From Paraphysomonas bandaiensis (lineage: Eukaryota; Protista; Chrysophyceae), in NCBI GenBank assembly GCA_965644295.1, contig CBFFRP010000087.1, positions 1-16,617 of the forward strand: a stretch of DNA of 16,617 nucleotides. Reading direction: 5' to 3'. This document shows positions 10,933 to 16,617 of the stretch, one piece after another. How positions within the stretch are numbered: position 1 is the stretch's first letter; every line of letters begins with the position of its first letter. The position numbers and the translations under genes were made by a program. The notes below the pieces were generated by a model that saw only the letters and a program-made list of their open reading frames with translations, did no database searches and was not told the DNA's origin.

Positions 10933-11451
10933 TGCGAAATAGAGATAGAGTGAAGGATATAGAGGTAGATGAGACTGAGACTGCAATCGTCTGCTTCTAT
11001 GTCGTAGTGTTATGAGAGGATGTTCAGTGCAATGCGGCGTAGCGTATTGCATATCAGTGGAATGTTGGGGTATTTTCTGCAACAATAGTTCGGAAACTGA
11101 AATATCGTGATATTAGGGGGAAAATTCCTCATTTCCAGACAACGAAAACTCCAGAAAAAAAAACTATACAGGAATGTACCGGTATACTACCAGGTATACT
11201 GTTGTGTAGTACACACAACTTCGTGGTAGTGTCCAGTCCACAACCCTCTGCACACCATACCATACCATAGTAATGTAGTCCGTACAGCAGAGTACATGTG
11301 TACGAACGACTGCAGTGTATAGTCCATCATACAGCACTGGGCGTATATACATCCACATTCTATGGAACACAGGAGAGACATATAGCCATTAACAGCTCTA
11401 TCTGCCTTCATTGAATACATCACTTATACTCTCCATCCATTACCCCCTATC
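10933..11451. promoter_or_regulatory. Putative bidirectional promoter region between otubain and the CvfB-RRM gene
   Basis: 519 bp separate two head-to-head ATGs. Both leaders are pyrimidine-rich, with a GAAA/TTTC-rich core (~11060-11163) and TACA/CA-rich low-complexity sequence. The call is positional inference. Confidence 0.5.
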
Positions 11452-12583
11452 ATGATATCACTACTGCGCACACAGAGGCGTCTGATGAGTTCCTCTGCGC
11501 TGTCAGCAGTGTCTCGTCCCTCTATGCTTCAGAGGAGACGACCGGACGACTCTAAACCTGAGATATCCAAGATACTACCTCCTGGAAGCCCTGTGTCTGT
11601 TAAACTGAAGTCGTTAACCCCTGTGGGTGCTCGTGTTGCTGTGGCGGGACAGTCTGTGGCTGGATTCATAAGTCGATCGGAGTTGGACTATTATGAGGCC
11701 TCTACTCGTGTGCCCCCTCTACGTGTGGGTGATATTATTTCTGCTTATGTCGGACAGGTAAGCCATATGTACGTACTTGCAGTGTTTCTCACAGTTGATG
11801 CATTACAGGTGAAGTCGAACAACTCAGTGGATGTGCTCCTGCGACCTGTCGGTGCTGATCGAATCAAAGTCACTGGTGAAACTATATTAAAGCTGCTGGA
11901 GCTTATGCCTGATGGGGTTGCTCCTATTGGTGATAAGTCTCTCCCTTATGAAATATCGAGGTATATTCATATATAGCTCTGCGGCTATTCGATGTTTGCT
12001 AAGTTTGAGTTACAGATACTTGGTTGGAGTCAGTAGAAGTGATTTCCGCCGAGCTGTAGGAATGCTTTATAAGCATGGGTTCGTGGAACCATCTGCGTAT
12101 GAAATTCGACTTATCAAACGGAATGAGAGTTCGTTACAAAAGCAGAAGGGTATGGTTACTGTGTATATTAAGAACATATGCCGGTCGGCTAGTACTGAAT
12201 CAGTGAAAGAGTTTTTATCGGCAACACTGAATAATTTCAACCTATCCAAAGCGGGGGGGAAGAAAAGGAATGACAAAAAGAGTACGTCGATAAGTACTTC
12301 TAATGACGACAAACAAGGAAGTGGACAATTAGTGATGATAGATGCTCGGATAATGCCTGGGGATGGTAGTACACGGGTACGAAATTCCGGATACGGTTTC
12401 ATTGATGTATCTTTGAGAAATATAGATAGTAGTAATGCGGAGTCGATAGACGCGTTATCGCTGGTAAGAAAGGCACTTGATGGAAAAGTATTCAAAGGAA
12501 AAAGGATAGCTGTAAATGAGGCCACACAGAAAAAACTTGATGATATATTGAAGCCTAAATCGCAGCTTATCGAAAGTAGTTAG
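11452..12583 (+). CDS. S1-like + CvfB-type winged-helix + RRM RNA-binding protein, ~341 aa, with a putative mitochondrial presequence
   Basis: Exons 11452-11757, 11809-11960 and 12016-12583 (introns 51 and 55 nt, GT-AG). S1-like segment GARVAV...GFISRSEL...LRVGDIISAYVGQVKSNNSVDVLLRP. CvfB winged-helix signature PIGDKSLPYEISRYLVGVSRSDFRRAVGMLYK. RRM with RNP2 VYIKNI, RNP1 SGYGFIDV and terminal LDGKVFKGKRIAVNEA. The N-terminal 30 aa are R/S/L-rich with no acidic residue. Confidence 0.85.
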
Positions 12584-13263
12584 TTAATATTTCAATATGC
12601 TTGACATATGTTAGCATAGAAAATGAGATAATTTTTATGTAACATAATTATCGTTTCATCAAACTTCTTATGCTATTGGTTGCTAGGAAAAGAGTTGTAA
12701 TTGAGGTATTCTACTGAACAGCATACTCTATATAATTTGGATCTGTTTACTACATACACAAGGTATTTTGATTGATGTCGTCGTGCACTTGAGGAGATAT
12801 GCTCCATTGTTATTAACTATGTTAAAGGTTAATTGTGCAGTCAGCGTACGAACCTCTAACCTAATTCATATCATTTCAATAAGTCCCTATAATACTGTCT
12901 TAAGGTACAGCTTGCAATTGCTTACAAATAACAAGCAAAACTCAGCACCCTCAACGATATGTCAAAATTCTTCATATCATAGTTATACCAATGATTTTTG
13001 TAACGAAGACATTAACATATATGCTAGTGAAAAAATGTAGTTGCATGAACTAAATATCCTAAAAAAGGGAGCACCAATAATACAAATGCATAAAATATCG
13101 CACTCTCTCCATCATCTGATAGGCCTAAGCAATAATATGGGTGAGACTGGCTCCTATGCAGAATAAATTAGATGTTGGTAATGAGCTTACTGATTAATAA
13201 TTTCATACTCTGAATAGTGAATAGCAGAGTTAGAAGGTATAACATATCTGGATACTCAGTTTC

Positions 13264-13322
13264 TCTTACACTATTGGACGCTATGAGGACAAGCATATCT
13301 CGTAGCATCAAATAGTGTAAGA
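13264..13322. repeat. Imperfect 24-bp hairpin (inverted repeat)
   Basis: TCTTACACTATTGGACGCTATGAG (13264-13287) pairs with CTCGTAGCATCAAATAGTGTAAGA (13299-13322): 21 Watson-Crick pairs, 1 G-U, 2 mismatches, 11-nt loop. Confidence 0.85.
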
Positions 13323-13930
13323 ACATCTTCAGCGTGTGTTCGATTTTAACTCTATTGAGTTAGTTCTGGTGTGTAAGATATGCATGTACTCTACTGCAGA
13401 CTGCATCATATGACACACACGGCATGACAAGACATACTCTGGATACGAGAAGTTCCATACCATGCACTGGTTCTTCTGAACTCTACTCCGTATCCTCAGG
13501 CCTCTAGTATCTGCTGATACCTCACCCCCATATCCATATGGACCATATCATATCATCATCATCCCTAAAATCCTGCTGGATATGCACTGGAAGTCATGTA
13601 ATTATCCGAAAAATATAAAAATCCTGGGTTTTAACACTGTAATATCATTGACAGCACACAATGCTAGGAATGCGAATCAATAAGTTTATAGCGAATCAGT
13701 CTATCTAGAAGACTTACTATTCGCTCCACGTAACAGAAGGATTGTGCACTTGCATCTGATAGAGGTGGGCACTGGGGCACCGACAGCATGCAATGTAGGC
13801 TGCTGGTAAACATGATGTGACAGAATGACATGGGTATGTGTCCATCAGAAGAGTGAAGGGGGATGAGAATCTGCCGCTAATATCTAAATCTCAATGCATT
13901 GTCCAGTCAGTTGAATCCTACACTAGAATC

Positions 13931-14992
13931 ATGCCGTGTTATGATATCAGCGTTACGTGGAGCTCGTATTCTGTACTAGCGTCGTTTGCAATGTCCTGAA
14001 TGGGTGCGTGTACGACCGTATCATTGGCGGAAATATCCAGACAAACCGCAGTTGCACAGCAGCAAAGATCGTTTCATTATCGCGATATTCTCCTCATAGC
14101 ACTCGCACATGGAGGTGGAGGTATATGGTGCATGCACTTCGTTGGCATTGGCGCATTAAAAGTGAGAGCCCCATCAATTGGAGATATTAGTTACGACTAC
14201 GACGTGGGAATGACTGCTCTATCGCTCCTGTGCATCGTTGTATTTGTTTATATAGGTACTTATTGTGCTACACTGGATGATATATGCACAAAAGAACATC
14301 ACGATTTTCTTCGAGAGCTTGTTAACTCTCACCCCCACTTTTCTGCCGGAAATCTTCGAAGTAAATGGGCAGCATTGCGACTTTTCGTGTGCCATAGAAT
14401 AAAGTACATAGTATTGGGCGGCCTAATTACGGGTGGAGGAATCTGTTTTATGCACTTTCTAGGTACGGTGGCAATTCTTGGCCCTATAGAAATTCAATGG
14501 AACATTGAATTTGTCATTTTCTTTGTAATCATTTCCTGTTTGGCATCAGCAACAACGTTTTGGATCTTGTTTCGCATGCTATCTCTGTATCCGGACAATA
14601 TTATGATTTCCATGTGCAGTACCGTTGGTATTGCGATTGCGATGTTTGGCATTCATCATGCAGGAATAGCAGCGTCCTCGTTTTGCTACGTTGAAGGAAA
14701 CTCTAATAAGAGCTTCACGGGGGTGATAATGCCTTTTGACTTAACTACGATGTATATTTCGATTGGCGGTATCGTATTCAATTGGCTAATGGTAATATGC
14801 ATTCTATCGATCTCAAGAAAACTATTCTACAGCGTTTGGTCCGAATTGCGAGTTGCAAAATTTGATACTGCCCTCCAGCAGTCATCTGAGAGTTATTTAA
14901 AAGATAGTTCAATATCAGAATATGTAGATGGTTTCGATAAAAGTGCTGATCGTTCAACTTCTGGCAAGGTGGTACCTTTCTCGAACGAGTGA
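13931..14992 (+). CDS. Stand-alone MHYT-domain integral membrane sensor protein with an in-frame TGA at codon 23 (13997-13999); 330-aa ORF from ATG 14000
   Basis: MHYT repeats GGGGIWCMHFVGIGAL and GGGICFMHFLGTVAI, a degenerate third repeat FGIHHAGIAA, and the YDVGMTALSLL linker. The upstream in-frame segment MPCYDISVTWSSYSVLASFAMS* supplies the expected first transmembrane helix. Intronless, with no recognisable output domain. Confidence 0.85.
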
Positions 14993-15338
14993 CTTCAAAA
15001 ATGAAATTTAACAGTTTTATTCTTTTATTGTATGGTTTTCACTGTGAAATATATATTGCGACTAGACGTATTGATATCTTTTCATATCTGTTTGGTAGAC
15101 AACTGTGGTTTCTAAGTCTCCTTGTCAAAGTATATTTCACTATTTAAATGTTTTATCAGAAGCAGAGAGTGTGTAAATTGAGAGTTTTAAGTGAACATAT
15201 ATCTCTGTTATTACGAAAGAGATCATTGTGATGCATGAATATTCTTGCAATTAATTGGGACATTAAATTATAATTTCAATTTTAATAAACTATTAATTGT
15301 TATACAGCCCTTGAACTTCAATTATACAACTATACTGT

Positions 15339-15478
15339 ACAATATTATGATTTGCATATGCAGTACCGTTGTTATTACGATGTTTGTCATTCATCATGCA
15401 GGAATAGCAGCGTCCTTGTTTTTCAAGTAAGACAACTCTTATGCTTTTTGACTTATGTCTACGATGTATATTTCGATT
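15339..15478 (+). pseudogene. Decayed direct partial duplicate of MHYT gene segment 14595-14764
   Basis: Shared blocks ACAATATTATGATTT, TGCAGTACCGTTG, CATTCATCATGCAGGAATAGCAGCGTCCT and CTACGATGTATATTTCGATT occur in the same order, with substitutions, internal deletions and a stop (…IHHAGIAASLFFK*). Confidence 0.9.
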
Positions 15479-15803
15479 CGCTAAGTACTTTAAAGCAAAA
15501 TATGTAAGTTGCGGTAATTACGTAATTACAAGAAAGGAAATGATCATTCATATTAACAATTAAACACAAAAGCTATAACTGCGATACATCTGATAAAAGT
15601 AGCATATTACATATGATAAAAAAGATCATACATCTAAACGTTTATACAACGTTCTTACATTTTCATCAAAAAAGTAATATACATTGTCATCACCAAGCTA
15701 GATTTAGACATGAGAAAGCGATTCAATCCTTCAAGTAATTCCTATTTATATAATCGTCCTGTACTCTAGCCAACACTACGAAGCGGATACATCTGGGCGA
15801 TGC

Positions 15804-16617
15804 TTATGTTGCCCACTTGTAACCGTCTCCACGAAACGTCGGCCACATCTTGTTCCGACCATTAAAAAACTTGAATACTATATTCCAAACCTGACGATCA
15901 GAAGCTACTGATTTCACATCGGGTTGTAATTTCGCCTTCTCTTTCAGTGCCAAAAGGTTGCTCTTCAACACCTGATGATACCAGATATGTTATAATAAGA
16001 GAGAGTTGTTCTCATATGTACTCACCGATTTCTTCTCTGGTGCTAATGCAAGGAAATCCGTCAAGGGTTCTAAGAATGCCTCAGGCGCGGCACGAATGAA
16101 CTCGTAGTGAGCTATAAATATCTTTGCGCACGGAATTCTATAAAACGGAATAATATCAGGGCGAATAATCGATGCAGTGCAATATATCACCCTCGAAGAG
16201 CGTGCTCCATGTATACTAGATTACTCTCAGCTCCGCGGAGAGTTTCATCTACACCGCGGGCAGCACGCCTGCTAAGAGAGGTCACCACAGTTTCCTGTTG
16301 CCTGGTTAAATGTCATATATTGCAAGGTTCCTGACGCACCACTGTGTTTCGAACCATTACAATATAGCGTATATCGAAAAGAACACCATCCAACATCTGC
16401 AAATTCACTATATCAGGATGCGCAAACATTCGTCCAGTGTGTTTCATATATCCATGCGGGAAGGAGTTGAGTCCATCGTATATCGTTCTGCGCAATATAT
16501 ATCAGGGGTAATACCCTGCAATGTAGACTCTACAACCTGCACTGTCCTCCAGGGGAATTCATACCTTCTGCATTATAGGCTTCCACCAGACGTTCTCCAA
16601 GGAGCAGCAATACGTAA
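15804..16617 (-). CDS. 3' part of a sulfotransferase-like protein (5' end outside the window)
   Basis: Exons 16617-16537, 16487-16340, 16294-16191, 16137-16026 and 15971-15804, with GT-AG introns of 49, 45, 53 and 54 nt, give ~203 open codons ending GYKWAT*. IVMVRNTVETVVTSLSRR resembles the 3'-phosphate-binding motif (VRxPxDxxxS). AHYEFIRAAPEAFLEPLTDFL resembles the sulfotransferase YEDLxxDPxxxLxxLxxFL helix. The gene model is more certain than the function. Confidence 0.65.

Noticed and set aside
10933-11085. N-terminal extensions in the ORF track for otubain (and 8191-8241 for the coiled-coil gene)
   Set aside because: They begin at non-ATG codons and translate CT-rich leader sequence. The first ATGs at 10932 and 8190 give sensible proteins.
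12067-12525. 152-aa minus-strand ORF
   Set aside because: Antisense shadow of the RRM exon.
4391-14992. Genome-wide stop-codon reassignment (alternative genetic code)
   Set aside because: TAA, TAG and TGA all terminate genes here (otubain TAA, CvfB-RRM TAG, EF-hand and MHYT TGA), and five gene models have no internal stops.
14993-15300. SECIS element for the MHYT TGA
   Set aside because: The ATGA sites at 15001 and 15235 lack a properly spaced stem, apical AA and 3' GA by eye. A SECISearch run would be decisive.
16488-16560. Apparent in-frame stops near the 5' edge of the sulfotransferase-like gene
   Set aside because: Fully resolved by a 49-nt GT-AG intron 16536-16488 joining ...GGQCR to TIYDG...
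1-16617. Bacterial origin or an operon-like defence system, suggested by the CvfB and MHYT domains
   Set aside because: Spliceosomal introns, an otubain gene and mixed orientations show a eukaryotic locus. Nothing in the sequence links the neighbouring genes functionally.

Overview
This is eukaryotic nuclear DNA, not a prokaryotic locus. It is gene-dense, with short GT-AG introns (mostly 41-95 nt, one 145 nt) and AT-rich intergenic spacers. The gene content suggests a unicellular protist, possibly a stramenopile; that assignment is inference only. Manual splicing gives seven protein-coding genes. (1) A half-size Fuseless-family membrane protein (-). (2) A multi-exon EF-hand protein (+), separated from Fuseless by a 100-unit perfect (ATGT)n microsatellite. 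(3) A long coiled-coil protein with a C-terminal CLACD motif (-). (4) A six-exon otubain deubiquitinase (-). (5) A divergently transcribed protein with a mitochondrial-type presequence that fuses the S1 and winged-helix C-terminus of bacterial CvfB to an RRM (+). (6) A stand-alone MHYT membrane sensor with an in-frame TGA at codon 23 (+), followed by a decayed partial copy of itself. (7) The 3' part of a sulfotransferase-like gene (-). The first ~1.7 kb looks like decayed coding sequence carrying a hairpin-forming 54-bp insertion. The most interesting signals are the CvfB-RRM organellar RNA-binding fusion, the output-less MHYT sensor, the two-repeat Fuseless, and three reading-frame lesions in two genes that one A-to-G change each would repair; those two genes also share a 3'UTR motif. 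No CRISPR array, rRNA, tRNA or intact mobile element was recognised. All family calls come from motif recognition by eye, not from database searches.
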